Below are positions 1 to 14,790 of a stretch of DNA of 64,000 nt, in pieces. This DNA comes from Octopus vulgaris (taxonomy: Eukaryota), in assembly GCA_951406725.2 (NCBI GenBank), contig OX597833.1, forward strand, positions 37,572,001 through 37,636,000. Direction: 5' to 3'. The translations under genes were made by a program, and so were the position numbers. Under the pieces are notes generated by a model. That model saw nothing but the letters and a program-made list of their open reading frames with translations. It was not told the origin of the DNA and did not search any database. Position 1 is the stretch's first letter. Each line of letters begins with the position of its first letter.

Positions 1-164
1 TCATGTATTTTAATTTAACTTAAAAAAAAAGAAAAAAAAAAAAATGAACGAACTATTGAGTTTGGTTTAATGGCCTACCAATGTATACTATGAGTTTCTT
101 TGCCCTAGGAGTCGGGAAGACACTCGGCAAGAAATGGAAGCAAATTTGAAAGAAGAAAAAAAAA

Positions 165-203
<39 letters not shown>
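165..203 (+). repeat. (AAT)n microsatellite
   Basis: Direct reading; source of the poly-Asn ORF 134..361. Confidence 0.9.
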
Positions 204-205
<2 letters not shown>

Positions 206-699
206 TCTAATAACTCATTGAGTAATAGTACGAATCATTATAATAACTTTACTAAACACAATACTAACCATAAACATATGGAATGTCCAGGTAGCCAGAT
301 GTCATTTCTCTCGCCTCTCAATATCTTTTACTCTTCTTTTTTTCTCTTCTATTTATTCTAAATCCTTTCAATATTTCTTCCAGGCATTACCCATTACAAT
401 TTGTCTTGGCCTAATGGCCCTAAACATTTGTCTTTGTCATAAGTCCACTCTGGTGTCATTTGTTTGTATGAAGCCCTGACTCTTCACAAATTTTATTTTT
501 TAAAAATTTCTGGATGCTGCTGTCTTATGAAGTCTTCTTGCCTTGTTGTTAAAAGCATGAAACGGGTAGTAATAAACAGTTGACAACTGAGGAGGAGTTA
601 AACTTCTTTTGGTATTTTGTCCTGTACTTGCTGTGTGTTTATGTAATTTTTGCTTGTTGGTAATGTCCTGTACTTAATGTATATCTTTCATTTTAGAGA

Positions 700-1090
700 G
701 TTACACAAATGCCAGAACTGGGCGCCACTGCATAGTGCCAAGGACTCCAAGTTTGCCATCAAGATGTAGGACAAGATACTGTGATAGTCTGGGCTTCTGA
801 GGTCCACAGCTCTTCAATATCCTCCTGAAGAACCTAAGAGACATGCATGGGGTGGACGCAGATGTCTTTAAAATGAAACTGGCTCTCTTCTTGTCAGGTA
901 TCCCAGATGAACCAACTTCACGGCAGGAGGTGAAGATGAGGGCAGCTGCATCGAACTCTCTCATGCACCAAATGGCAATTGCTAAAAAGCACTTATGAAG
1001 TAAAATCATGTAGCAACACCAAATGGCGGTACCCCAGCATGGCCACAGCTTGTGAGCTGAAACTAGATAAATAAATAAAATAAATAAAAT
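700..1090 (+). mobile_element. CR1/L2-type LINE 3' end fragment
   Basis: Plus frame gives GPQLFNILLKNLRD...FKMKLALFLSGIPDEP, typical of the CR1/L2 ORF2 C-terminus; ends in (TAAA)n. Confidence 0.7.
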
Positions 1091-1304
1091 ATATATGTGT
1101 GTATAATGCAAGTGTGTGTATGTGTGTGTGTCTGTCTTTGTGTGTGTGTCTGGATATATGTATGTACCTATATGCATCCTCATGTATGTGTGTGTAAATG
1201 TATATATGTATATATGCGGATGTATACTTACATATATGTGTTTGTGTATATATGTATAACTATATATATATGGTGTGGGTATATATATGTGTGTCTGTAT
1301 ATAT

Positions 1305-1597
1305 ATCATCATCATCATCATCATTGTTTAACATCCGTTTTCCATGCTAGCATGGGTTGAATGATTTGACCAGGGTCTGGGAAGCCAGGAGGCTGCACCA
1401 GGCTCCAGTCTGATCTGGCAGTGTTTCTACAGCTGGATGCCCTTCCCAATGACAACCACTCCATGAGTGTAGTGGGTGCTTTTTACATGCCACCGGCACG
1501 GAAGCTAGTCAAGGCAGTGCTGGCATCAACCATGTTTGGATGGTGCTTTTTATACGTGCCACCTGCATGGGTATTACAACTACAATTTCCATTTGAT

Positions 1598-1600
<3 letters not shown>
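1305..1600 (-). mobile_element. RTE 3'-tail-derived repeat with (GAT)n tail
   Basis: Same tail as the RTE end at 2940-3108; recurs at about 46925, 48725, 49130 and 61040. Confidence 0.65.
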
Positions 1601-1646
<46 letters not shown>

Positions 1647-2286
1647 CATACATATAAATAGTAATAATGTGTTTTGAATGGCACAACAATGCACTATAAT
1701 AACAACAATGGACTATAATAATTAGTACTATTTATTATTATTGTTTACAACAAACAATATACAATGCTTCAAGCGAACTACACTACTCTCCTATATATAT
1801 ATCTGTTTCTGTCCCTCTGTCTATACATCTGTATGTAAATGCATGAACATGAAACTACTTGTCAAATCTTCCTTTCTCTTTCTACTTTCTTTTTTCTCTA
1901 AGCAGTTATGACAGTGAAAGCTGATTAGATCATTTAATCTAAACTGGAATGCAAGATTTCCACATTCATACTTGAACATTTTGCGTTTCTATATCTCCCT
2001 TGGGTTTGTCTTTTCAGAAAATTTCTTAATTTTTTTGCATTATTTGTTTGTTTTTGTTCTGGACATGGTGTTTTGTACTTGTATTACAGAAACAAAACAA
2101 GACTGTTTTCCAAAATGGAGGTGAACACCTTTCTCCTTGTGATTGGCTTGAAAACTTGTTAAGTTACTAGGATAATTTCCTACTTTTCTTAACATGAAAC
2201 CAATGGTAGCCTTAATTCACAAATAAAGAAATTATATATCCACCAATGCAGTGTTGAGCATTCATTTCATTGTTCTACATTATGTA

Positions 2287-2324
<38 letters not shown>

Positions 2325-2325
<1 letters not shown>

Positions 2326-3108
2326 GAATGTGGATAGCTGCGTGAAAAAGTGCCACGCTCTCGCAGTTGAGGGACCCTGTGGAAGAGGTAGACCCAGGAA
2401 GACCTGGGATGAGGTGGTGAAGCATGACCTTCGAACATTGAGCCTCACTGAGGCAATGACTAGTAACCGGGACCTTTGGAAATATGCTGTGCTTGAGAAG
2501 ACTCAGTAAGCGCAAGTGAGACCATAACTTTGTGTCCTATGTTAGGGGTGTAACCAGTCCACTTATGCATACCTTTCCTTCATTGGACACTAAACTCTGC
2601 TTGCGAAGACACTTACCTCAGGCAAGTGAAATCAAAATCAAATTCAATGACTGGCATCCATGCGAGTGAAGCACTAAGAGTACCATACAAGTGAGATCAT
2701 TGCCAGAGCAACAAGCTGGCCTGCGTACCAACGGCACGTAAAAAACACCATTCGAGCATGATCATTACCTGTGTCACCTTATGGGCACTTGTGCTGGTGG
2801 CATGTGAAAAAAAAACCATTCAAACGAGGTTGTTGCCAGTGTCCCTGGACTGGCACTGGTGCAGGTGGCACATAAAAAGCACCATTTGCGCATGGCCGTT
2901 GCCAGTACCACCTGACTGGCCCTTGTGCCGGTGGCACAAAAAGCACCCACTACACTCTCAGAGTGGTTGGTGTTAGGAAGAGCATCCAGCTGTAGAAATT
3001 CTGCCAGATCAAACTGGAATCTGGTGCAGCCATCTGGTTCACCAGACCTCAGTCAAATAGTTCAACCCATGCTGTCATGGAAAGCGGACGTTAAACGATG
3101 ATGATGAT
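2325..3108 (+). mobile_element. RTE-clade LINE 3' end (ORF C-terminus, 3' UTR, (GAT)n tail)
   Basis: VEGPCGRGRPRKTWDEVVKHDL...RDLWKYAV is the typical RTE C-terminal motif. Confidence 0.85.
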
Positions 3109-3229
3109 ATATATATATATATGTATATGTATGTATGAATGTGTGTATATATATATATATATGTATATATGTGTATATATATATATACTCACACATATAT
3201 ACATACACATACACACACACACATGTATA

Positions 3230-3307
<78 letters not shown>

Positions 3308-3639
3308 CGCACTAGTGGCTGTGTGGTAAGAAGCTTGCTTCCCATCTACACGGTTCTGGGTTCAGTCCCACTGTGTGGAATCTTGAGCAAGTGTCTTCTA
3401 CTATAGCCTCAGGCCAACCAAAGCCTGAAAGACCTCTTTCAATTTCCACCAACCAAATCAACTCACAAGGCTTTGGTTATCCCAAGACTATACTAGACAA
3501 CACTTGCCCAAGGTACCACATAGTGGGGGGACTGAATCCAGAACCATGTGGTTGAAAATCAACTTCTTACCACACGCCTACACCTGTGCCTGTTTACTTT
3601 TTGATCTTGGACTAAGTTCTTCTCATCTGAGAAGAGTCA

Positions 3640-4050
3640 GAGCATGTCCAGCTCCTTCAGTTTGTTTAGCAAACACTTCAACCTGATCACATGGTTCTCC
3701 TGGGTCTTATCAGACATGAACAACCCTCTTCTCATAACACACGATTTGTATGTAATATCTTTGTGCAGTACATGTTTAATCATAGACTTTAACACATAGA
3801 GATGAATTGCAAAGATTCTCATTAATGATACTCTGGATTTCTTGGACAAACTCTACATTTCTGACAATGTCTGACTACCAAGACTGATTTTTCTTTTGGG
3901 CATGGAGGACACATTCCTATGAGAGGCAAAGAGTTGTTTTCTGATCAAAAACTTGAAACGTCTTAGCAACATTTATGAAGGCTGCACTCTCAGGTTCCCA
4001 GTGGATGGCAGCTAAGGTGATGAGACTAACATGCTTTTCCTGTGTCTGCA
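3640..4050 (-). mobile_element. Decayed Tc1/mariner-superfamily transposase fragment
   Basis: HKDITYKSCVMRRGLFMSDKTQENHVIRLKCLLNKLK resembles the HTH-to-catalytic linker of these transposases. Confidence 0.55.
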
Positions 4051-4053
4051 GTC

Positions 4054-4173
4054 GATTCAAAGCTTTCATGTTATGGCTAAAAAAAAGAGAGGCTATTTAG
4101 TTAGTCTGGGCTTAGATTCAAAGCTTTCATGTTATGGCTAAAGAAAGGAGTGGCTATTTAGTTAGTCTGGGCT
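4054..4173 (+). repeat. Tandem duplication of about 61 bp
   Basis: gattcaaagctttcatgttatggctaa...ggctatttagttagtctgggct occurs twice. Confidence 0.85.
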
Positions 4174-7100
4174 ATTTATGTTTTTTTATAGTTTTGTTCT
4201 CAAATAGCTAAAGCACCCTGAACACACATATATATATATATATATAAAATTATTCATGTGAATGTGAATGTATACATGAGTTTGTGTTTGTGCATATTAG
4301 AATATTTGTGTGTGTGTGTGTGTTGGTTGTTTGGGAACAAGCTATGGTGACCTAATTCACATTAAGTCACCTCATAAACTATTATGCTTTTGTTCTGCTT
4401 GGCTGGATTGTTACAAGATGAAAAAGATAAACGTTCACATCAGTAACAACAGCAGTACCTTAGCCTACACTACCTCTTATTACCTTACACCTCAATACAT
4501 TGTTCTTTCGCTAAAATACACTACCCCACACTATTACACACACATAACCTTAATGTTCTCTAATAAACTACACTACATTGTAATACCCTAAACCATAAAA
4601 CACTGTCTCATGCTATAACAATCTATACTATAATACACTGTCCTATTCTATAATACACTAAGCTACACTATATTACACTATACTATGCTATAATATATCA
4701 TAACACACCATAATACACTACACTACAGGTTTTCAACTGGAGTCCATATGGCCTTTGGTGGGGTCCATATAAGATTTTGTTGTCAAAATTTATCTGCAAC
4801 AAATTGGTTATAGTCCTACAGTGCACAAAATATTTACTTGTTAAGGTTATCTCTACAGATTTTCAATTAAAAATTATTGTCAGCGCTGATTTTGTTATGG
4901 TGTTCCATATCTGAGACGCCTGATGGAACACAGTATTGACTTGTAAAAACATTTAATATACTTTAATATAGTTGCATAACAAAATACAGTGTCCCTACAG
5001 GTGATTGACAAAATATTTAAGTGATTTTTTATACAATTCTAAGTAATATTTAATTATAAAATATAATAGATTTTTTTTTAAAACATCGAATGGCTAGAAG
5101 AATTTACTCAAGTGAAATAGGAATCAAAGAGTTCCATATGTAAAAAATGATAGAGATACACTTGTGGTTATCTCTAAATGTTAAATGGCATACATGAGAT
5201 GATCATATTGTTCGCTTAGTAAATTGTCCTGAATGGCTCAGAGATGAAATATATCTACTGCCAAGAGTTGTCAACAGATGTATTGACCAGTTATCTGCAT
5301 TAAGGTGCCATAAAGCTTGGTAGAAGTTTTTGTTGTTGTTATTTAGCTCCACATCAACCCTAAATGATTAGAATCAAGATTATAGCATTCCAGCCATGAC
5401 CATTTATTTCATTCTTTTTTTATCTCAGTGACTACATCATCTTGTGTGCCCTTTATTTGAGATGATAATGTATGATTTAACAGAAGTTTTGTTGCTATTT
5501 CTAGCAGATTGAGTGATTGTATAGAAGCTCTCTTAATGGTGGGAATGTGGTGAAGAATATTTAAAGAAGCCAGAGTATTGGTCAATGATATAAATTAGTT
5601 GAGGAGATGAGATGGTGCATTTAGTTGAGAATGGTAAACAAGTTGGTTTGAAGTCTGTGCATGGACAGTCAATGCTGAATGCCAGAGCCAAGAACAGGCA
5701 TGGTGGACATTGAAGTGACTGAGGATGATGACTTCAAAGAATGACAAATGACAGAAACCTCTATGTGATCACTCAACTTACTAGAAATAGCAGCAAAATC
5801 ACCCCCAGACCACATCATGCCACCTTTGAAATGGAAATATACATTGCATAATAATGGCACCTCAAATATAGAAAATGACAAAACAATCAAGGCTGGATCA
5901 TTTTTAATCATAAATTTGCTTGATCAGGACTAACCTGTGGTTAAATGACTGCAACTGCAGACGAAGATGAAAGAAGAGATGCTCTTAATGCAAAACAAAA
6001 GAAAATTGAACATCTGCAGGTGGTTGGAGGTATTCAGAGGGTGGTAGGGAGAGCTTGTTAAAGTGATGAACAGAGACTTTGATTCAGAATAACCACAAAT
6101 TGTTGTATAGTATGGAGAGTGAATTCTTCATATGTGTAGATATAACCTTTCAAGACAATGCTGAAATATAGGATGTTTTTGAGATGGCTTAGAGATAGAG
6201 ACTGCAAATTTTTAGGCTTCACAGTGCAATAAGATATATGGTTTGTGTGTTAGCTGGTAGGTAGGACCAAGGTTGAACTAAAGATCATGGCTAAGTTAAC
6301 TCATGATTAATTAACATCCCATCCTGAGATGAGAGTGAGGGGAGGGAATGGAGAAAGTTTTTTTGTTTTTTTCCCATTTTTCTCAGCCACTTAATGTCAT
6401 GGCACACAATCCTCTCTTGAATATATATAGACTGTGTGAGACAATGAAGCACATGAGAGGATTGACACATTAACACTTAATGACACAGTCATTAAATAAT
6501 TAAACTAATTCTACTAATTCTCCACCACTACTAATGTTGCTGCTACTACAACTATTACTAACTACAAATTATCAAATAAAAATTGTTCAAATTTTTGGCA
6601 CAAAGCCAGCCATTTGAGGGTAGGGGAGTTACTTGATACCCTTGACCCCAGTACTTAACTGGTATTTTATTTTGTCAACCCCAAAAGTTTAATAATAATA
6701 TTAATGGTCTTTGATTTTGTTACAAGTGGATGATTAGTCTATTACAGTCAACCTGTACTTGACTGGTATTATATTTTATCGACCTTGAAAGGATGAAAGG
6801 AAATGTTGATCTTGGAGAAATTTGAACTCAGAATGTAAAGTGTCAAAAGAAATACCACAAGGCATTTTCCCAACCCTTTAATGATTCTGCAACTTACTAC
6901 CTTCAATAATGATGATGATGGTGGTGGTGGTGGTGGTGGTGATGACAACAATGACGACAACAACGATAATGATGATGATTAAGATACTATCAGATAATTG
7001 AACAAGCAAAGAAAATAAATATCAACAAGAAAATTGTATGTTGGTATTGCTATTAATTGCAATGGTCATTGACCAGTTATAACTCTATTGGTTACCAATA

Positions 7101-8439
7101 ATTTGCCATTCATTCTGTTAGTATCTAGGTAATCAACTATAAACAATAGACCAATCCATTGGTCATCAACTATAAGATATTCTGTTGGTCATCAACAATA
7201 GGCAACTCAATTGTCGCTGATTATCAATGTCCACTAATCCCTCAATGTTTAACTCTAGTGTTTGTATTCAAAAGCAAGGACATGTCACTTCAAAGTAAGA
7301 AGAAGGATTTCAAAGTGAGCACATTCCGATTTAAATAAACTTGGTTTCAGCAGAACTTCATATTCACACACAAAAAGCAATAATTAAAAAACTTTTTTCA
7401 CTATTTAGCTGAACATTTTTGAAGCCAGAAATACATTTGCATATTTAATCATACCACCACCACCACCACCACCACCACCACTGCTTACAGTATGTTGGTA
7501 GTTATATAAAGAGGTCACATCATTTCATTGTAACTCCTTCCCCAATATACTTAACCTGTACTTGATATATGTCTGACGTTACTTAATGACTCTATTACCT
7601 TTAAGAGACATTTTTATAATTATCTAAATGAAAAATTCTTCTAGAAAGATGGAACGAATGTTAAATTTTTAGCTGCTCATCAACTATTTTCAGTGAGTGG
7701 CTGACAACAAAACCATAGCAGTGGCGCACCACCCTGGTGGTGGCTTATCATGTTTACACAAAACTCATCACAGCTAGGATACAAGTTTTATATCCTGTGA
7801 GGCAATTCTTTCAACCAAAATATAAACAACTACACAGCTGATCTGAAAGAAGATAAAGTTGAAATACAGTTCTTGTATAATGTAGTTTATATATGATAAA
7901 TTTATGGTTTCATACATTATTCCAATATAGTACCACAGCATTGTATTTATATGCACAGAATCATACATCCTCCCACCACACTCAAAACCACTTTAAAATA
8001 TCTTTTAATAGGTGGATAATGAAACATACATTCATTTTTTCCACAAAATACTTGTAAAATAGGTGCATCTTATGCAAGAGAACATCTAATACACTGGTAA
8101 ATATGTTAAGTTACAGGCTTATAAATTTGTAGATATGATATAATATTCATTATTTTTCTCACCACCACCACCACCACCCCACACACACTTCCCTTATAAG
8201 TTCTTATATACTTGCAATCTGCCTCTGGTACTAAAAAGGGTTTTCTTTCCCATAGTCCCTTATTCTGCCAGAAACAACAACTGACTCTTCTTCAAATCCC
8301 ATCCTACCATCTTTAAAAAAATGTGAGGAAACATATCAGCAATGTTATCCATCCATCATTGGGGTAGAGTCCTCAGGCATCTTCTCCTGTCAGAAACAAC
8401 TGTCATTGCACTTTCCAGCTGAATTCCCAAGAATGACCA

Positions 8440-9240
8440 GCTGAAACTATGGATATTAATTATCAAACCATCTCATTCATGGTCTACCCCTAGATCTCCT
8501 CCTAGTTGACTCGGCTTGAAGAATTCATATTGCAATCGTTTCCTATGAGATTCTGATCAAATTTTCATAATACTAGAGCTGTGACCCATCAATGTAGAAA
8601 AGTTATTTCTAAACCTGGAGAGACTCACTGATCTCTGAGCTATGTATCCTATTGAGTATCATTATTCCAGAAATCATTTGGAAGGATCCCGTTTTGGCCA
8701 GTTGTAGTTGTTATTGTATTCCTTTGGTCATTACCCAACATTCATGACCATAGGTGAAGACAGGCATGAAAACTGAACTGAAAATGACAAGTTAGGCTTT
8801 TTTTACTAATCTCTCCTCTTCTGAGGATTGAATGCTGAAGCTGGCACATTACTTTGCTAGCATCTGCAATTCTAGCATCCAATTCAACTTCCTGCTTCCC
8901 ATCACTTGTGAATATAGCCCTGAAATACGTAATCATTTCCATTTGTCTCAGTGATGTTCCATTACATGCAGAGTGCTCTAGGAAGACTATCTTGAGAGGA
9001 CTGATGTATCAGTCTTTGCAACACTAATTTTCATCTCTGTCTTATAGCAGCACTTGGCAGTGAACCCATTCAATGAATGCAGATCGCTTTCTGTGGGGCC
9101 AAGTAGCACTATGTCATCTGCAGATATCAACCAACTAATCCTACACCCATCAACTGTGTTACCACATATCAGTCCAGTTCATAAAAATTATGGAAAGGAG
9201 AGGTGACAATACATATCCCTGCTGAAGTCTAACACCCATT
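8440..9240 (-). mobile_element. Decayed RTE LINE reverse transcriptase fragment
   Basis: GVRLQQGYVLSPLL, ISADDIVLL and YFRAIFTSDGKQEVELDARI; frameshifted. Confidence 0.8.
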
Positions 9241-10929
9241 TATCCAAAAAGGTGAGATAATCACTGCCAAATATCTTTTATCATAAATGTATTTGATTAG
9301 GGTTCACCTGAGACTAAACAACAACAACAACAACCAATCATAAGAATCAGTCACGCTAATCAGTAACATCAGTCAACAACCCAGTCACATCAGACAATCA
9401 TTTCACTATGACATTTATTCAGAGATTGTCTTCTGCCTCATTAGTTTTTGCATTAGATGATGAATAAAAATAAGAAACGGAAAGTAAGAGTATGACAGCA
9501 GACAAGAGAGAGAATGAAGAGTAAGAGAGTGGGAATGTACATCAGCATATGTGTTGGTGATTATAGGTCTTAAATGTTCTTGTAAAAATACATCACATGA
9601 CATACTAGGATTTTCCAGAGATCAAGTATGTCAAGCATGTTGCTCACACAATGTGTTGAAATAAAACCAGACAGCAGCAACAGCAACAAAAGTAGTAATG
9701 AATTTTAAACACAATAGCCAAATACCAGGTAATTCAAAGGTATTAGAATTACAAAAAATATTCTCTTGGGTAAGAAGAATACTGTCTGATTCTTTTAAAA
9801 TTCTTTCAAAATTCTGTTGTCTGGGGAGAGTAATTTTCTTTTTGTGCCTTAGAATTTAGCACACTCACCGGTAAAATTTCCACTTATTTCTTATTTTATT
9901 TTCCTAAAATTTTCATTGCATCTTGCAACCTTTTCGATAGTTTTGAAATATTACAAATTTAACAGAATCTTAGTTCTCAAATTCTAGTCTCCTTCTAGTA
10001 TAATATATTATGGCTAATCATAAATAGTACTCATAGTAAAATGCCCAACTTGTTACTTGAGGTCTCTGGGTGAGACTTGGAACAGCTTGTATAAAATAAA
10101 ACAATAACAGCAGCAACAACAGTAACAACAACGATTTCTTTTATTTGCCTCAGGAGCATTGAATGAAGGGAACATTACAAAAAAGTTTACAATTTGTGTG
10201 GAGGAGCTACTTAAAAGATGAGGGAAAGGAAACAGTATAGATGATGAAATGAAATGAAAAAAAATATACATAGTATGTAAGCACATGAATGATGCAGTCC
10301 TTCTGATACAGGGATCCTTCAACTAGGGTCAATGAAGAAACCCCACAGATCCAGGATACCCTGAACACTAAAGGCATGAGCCTCACCCAATTGTGATTCA
10401 CCAGTTTATAGGCATATGCTTAGAGTAGGTTCATTCACCCAAACCATTTTTTGCCACAGTTACCCACCTTTTACAAATTCAACTGGGAGATAGCTCTTCC
10501 CTCTCCACCCTCACTTTCATTTCCAAGTGGGAATTAGAACTATCAATGAAAATTTGATTAAAAAGGAAAGTGTCTTTTTTCAGTCCTTTCAGCCTTGTCC
10601 ACCACTCAACTTCATAGCTACTAGAGAGAGGAATACTGCCTGCCCTGTCTTGTTAAAGGTGGGGCAATCCTCATGACAGACTTAACTGATTGTCAGATTT
10701 GTCTTCTATGCAATTATAGCTGTTCAACATAACTCCACATGTGCAGTATGTGCAATACAGTTTCATTTTTCTGTGTCATCTTGGGTAGTCTCCCCTGGTA
10801 GGGCTTCTGTGCTTGTAGAGTGAAAAATCAAAACTCAGAGTGAGTCAGAGTTCCCCAAGACTCTACCTGCCTCCTACCTGCCTGCTTGCCTGCCTGCCTG
10901 CCTGCAACTTCTATCAGAACACATGGGCT

Positions 10930-11230
10930 ACCAAGAATAGTTAACATAGAACTAGTAGAGTTATGTCCAAGTCAGCCATATGGTCATATGGAGTAATTAT
11001 GGTAAGGTGATGGTTGACTGGTCCAAATAACAGGCAGATGGCTAGATTCTGGTAAAGGTTCAATGAAGAGGTGAGAAAGAGATCAAGAGAGTTTGTGTGT
11101 TGGTCAAGAATGCATGAAGTGGATAAAACTTGTTGATTTTGAGAAGTGAGGATTGTAAAATATTTGGTTTCTAAACTAGAGGAATGATATGTGAAAAGTA
11201 TGAAATCCAATATGAATAGTGAGCATTAAA
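10930..11230 (-). mobile_element. Decayed LINE endonuclease (APE) fragment
   Basis: NSLDLFLTSS...GPVNHHL resembles the APE C-terminal LDL...SDH motifs. Confidence 0.45.
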
Positions 11231-12006
11231 GTCACCACAGATGATAAGTTTAGAGACAAGTAATGTGAGATAAATATCCCAGACATAGAAAGAGATGTAC
11301 AAGAGATAAAGGCTAATAAAGATGTGTGTTGGAGTAGAATAGGATATACGGCTAAAGTGTTAGCAAGAGATGATGTGATGAATCTAGGTTGAATTAGATT
11401 CCACAGATGTTGAAGAAGAGCAAGAGAAATTAGTTCTAGCTTTAGTTCTTAGCATCTAGGAAAGTGCATTTTAGCATATAATTTAGTTATTGCAGTTTAC
11501 TATTAATACCGATACAATGTACATTGGTTTATATGTTTCTTTGTTGTAGTTTTATTAAAGTTAGTGTTTAATCCTGCCTATATATTGATTGATTTAAATA
11601 ATGTCGTTATTAAGCTTTTACTTTTATATTATACTATGGAAGATGGTTGGGATGATAATTTTTTATGACTTAATAGATTTGTCACTGTTTAGTTACGTAT
11701 ATTTAGGAGGAGTTGTAATTTACTTACTGAATTTATTTACTGATATGGTTGTACATAGGATAAATGTGTTTGAAAGTTGTAGTTTATTTGGTTTGTGTTT
11801 TTTCCAAACAACACTTATTTTAGTGCTGTTGACACCACTGGATTGAATGGTACTGCCCAGGTGTCAAAACCATAATGATATCCATGAAGCAGTTGCTGCT
11901 GAAGGTATGTTGGATTGTTAGTATGGCTGTGGAACAGTATTATAACACATCCTTTTGATATATATATGAATATAAAGACTTTCGACTTAGCTGCTTATGT
12001 ATATAT

Positions 12007-12061
<55 letters not shown>

Positions 12062-12199
12062 TGTGTGTGTGTGCAATTAAATTATGCACCAGATTAGCAA
12101 TGTATCACTGAAAGGAAAACTATAATTGTCATTAAATATGACTGAGGATGACTGGGTGTATTAAAACACCTACAATGCTAGAAATAAGAGCTAAAGCGG

Positions 12200-13215
12200 T
12201 CTGATGCTGCAGTCAACACACATAACTTCTTCTTTTCCACTTCGCCCTTGGCTACGTGGTACAGTTCCCTGCTACCCCCACCCTTCCTGGCTTTCCAGGC
12301 CCATTTCTTTGCTCTAATAGCTTTGTCTACCATACTATTCCACCACCACGTAACTCTAGGTCTGGAAAGGACTTTGCACCATCCACAGACTTGGTCTGTG
12401 GCACTCAGCAAGCTGTCCCATAGGAATTTCCAGCTACCTTCTATGTCCAATGTCTGTAGCTCCTCCTCCTGCTCATCAAATTTCTTGATGAGGATGTCCC
12501 TAAATCTCTGACCATGTGAAGGATTCTTTAACTTCCAAATCCTTCTTTTTTGGATTGGTCTGCTTCTTGGTATCCTTCTGGCCTCGAGCCTAAAGTCACT
12601 AATGACTAGCCTATGCTGGGGGGGGGGTTACATTCTTCACCTGGGAGGATCTTTGTATTTAAGAGCAACCCTGCGTCCTGCTATCAGGTGAGGATGAAAT
12701 CAATCTGGCCAGCAGAGTCCCCTGATTGATAGGTTAACAGGTGACTGTCTGGCTTCCTGAAGTTAGTGTTGCAGATTGAAAGGTTACATGCATTACAGAA
12801 TTCCAGTAGCTTAGTTCCCTCATTGCTTCAGGCGCCAATACCATGGCCACCATGTACCCCAGTGAAGATACCAGATTCCCGCCCAACATGCCCATTAAAA
12901 TCTCCAGCCACTCATCTTTGAGGTAGCCTGTAGAAGGGTATCATAAAAGTGATCCTTCTGATCATTTGGTATCCCCACATGTGGGGCGTAGGTGGAGATA
13001 ATTGTAGCTGTGCTGTATTGCAGGACTAGCCTGAACTTAAGCACTCTATCACATACCCTAACAACCTCTATGACTTTATCCACCCATTTCTCCACAAGGA
13101 GTATGCCTACACCCCCTATGCCATCCATGTTACCTTGCCAGAAGACTTTATACCTATGTGCCTTGCCTGTGAGGACCCTAGCTGAAGCTCCTCTTGTATG
13201 CAGCAGACATCAACC
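12200..13215 (-). mobile_element. RTE LINE endonuclease-region fragment
   Basis: GGVGILLVEKWVDKVIEVVRVCDRVLK, ISTYAPHVG, FNGHVG and TWWWN motifs; stops and frameshifts. Confidence 0.85.
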
Positions 13216-13567
13216 CGTCTCCTTTCAAGCATCTCTATCACTGTCATTTAACATCTGTTTTCTATGCTGGCATAAGTTGGATGTTTCAACAGGGCTAGCA
13301 AACCAGAGGACTGTACCAAGTTCCAATATTTGCTTTGGGCCCTTCCTAATGCCAACAACTATAGAGAATGTACTGGGTGCTTTTTACATGATACCAGCAC
13401 TAATGAAGTTAGTAAGGAACTCACTAGAGACAAGAACCTTCAACTGAGGAAGGGGGAATAGTATGGAGGGAGGTGGTTTTATGTTGAGTAATAGGAGGTT
13501 ATTAATCATAGGGGGATGGAAACTAGTGATTTGCTGTAGGGGAGATACAGAATTACCCTATTTATCC

Positions 13568-13864
13568 ATGTATGTATGTATGTATGTATGTATGTATGTA
13601 TGTATGTATGTATGTATGTATGTATGTATGTATGTATGTATGTATGTATGTATGTATGTATGTATGTATGTATGTATGTATGTATGTATGTATGTATGTA
13701 TGTATGTATGTATGTATGTATGTATGTATGTATGTATGTATGTATGTATGTATGTATGTATGTATGTATGTATGTATGTATGTATGTATGTATGTATGTA
13801 TGTATGTATGTATGTATGTATGTATGTATGTATGTATGTATGTATGTATGTATGTATGTATGTA
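13568..13864 (+). repeat. Pure (TATG)n array, about 74 units
   Basis: Direct reading. Confidence 0.98.
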
Positions 13865-14383
13865 TCTTTCTATTTATCTATCTATCTGTTTATCTAAATG
13901 TGATATATATATATATTATATTGGGAACACTTGTATTTTAGGTGTTTAGGTGGCATTAAACACTACTTCAGTATAAATAGTGTTTTTGTCTCTTATAGAG
14001 ATTTTGTTGACTTATTAGTTTGCTTCTTGCAAGATTAGTGACTGTATGTCACTCATTTTTCTATATATTGTGAGCTGGAGTGAGCTATTGCTATGTCTCG
14101 CAGATGAGTATCCGTCACTGAGGATGACCATAAAGAGTTTGAAAGCATATGGTCTGGTGGTCTTGTAGCTAAAATAGTAGGGAATTCTCTCCTCACTTGC
14201 AATATATATCAAGTGCAGAGTGCACTGCATAACCAGCTGGAGGAGGTGTCCTCTTAGGATTAAAATAGCAGTATTGCCGGTTCCTAGGGAACAACTCTGT
14301 TTAGGTGGCCTTAAACACTATTTCCTATATGTATGTATGTGTGTATGTATGAGTGTATGTTTGTGTTTGTGTGTGTGTGTGCA

Positions 14384-14420
<37 letters not shown>

Positions 14421-14489
14421 CCTTAAGTCACCAGTATATCAATGTATTGTTTTATATCTATATATATCTATATATCTATATATAAAGCA

Positions 14490-14790
14490 GATATCATCAT
14501 CATCATTGTTCGACCGTGGTCGAGACAATGGAATTTACCATGCTACGCCAGACTTCACGGTCCATCATGGCATTATGGAGGTCCTGTTGCTGGATGCCTG
14601 TATCCCTGGAGATTACATCAGGGTAGGAGAGTGTGCGCCCTCTGGTATTGCGAGTAGATGGCTTCCAGAGGAGAAGAGTAGAAATTACCTCTTTTTCAGC
14701 TCTACAACAATGTCCAGCAAACTGGACTCTCCTACCTTTCACAAGAGATGATACAGGTGGTAATTTCCCATATATTTGCATTTTGGTTGG
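14490..14790 (-). mobile_element. RTE-type LINE 3' end (second family)
   Basis: RRVQFAGHCCRAEKEVISTLLLWKP...MMDREVWR followed by a (GAT)n tail. Confidence 0.75.

Noticed and set aside
7774-7860. Good minus-strand splice acceptor (tttatcttctttcag) followed by a short ORF
   Set aside because: Stops within 23 codons in all frames, no homology recognised; cannot be supported as an exon without RNA data.
13463-13949. Long MYVC-repeat ORFs, and the YI/HT/CV-rich ORFs across the window
   Set aside because: Translations of microsatellites.
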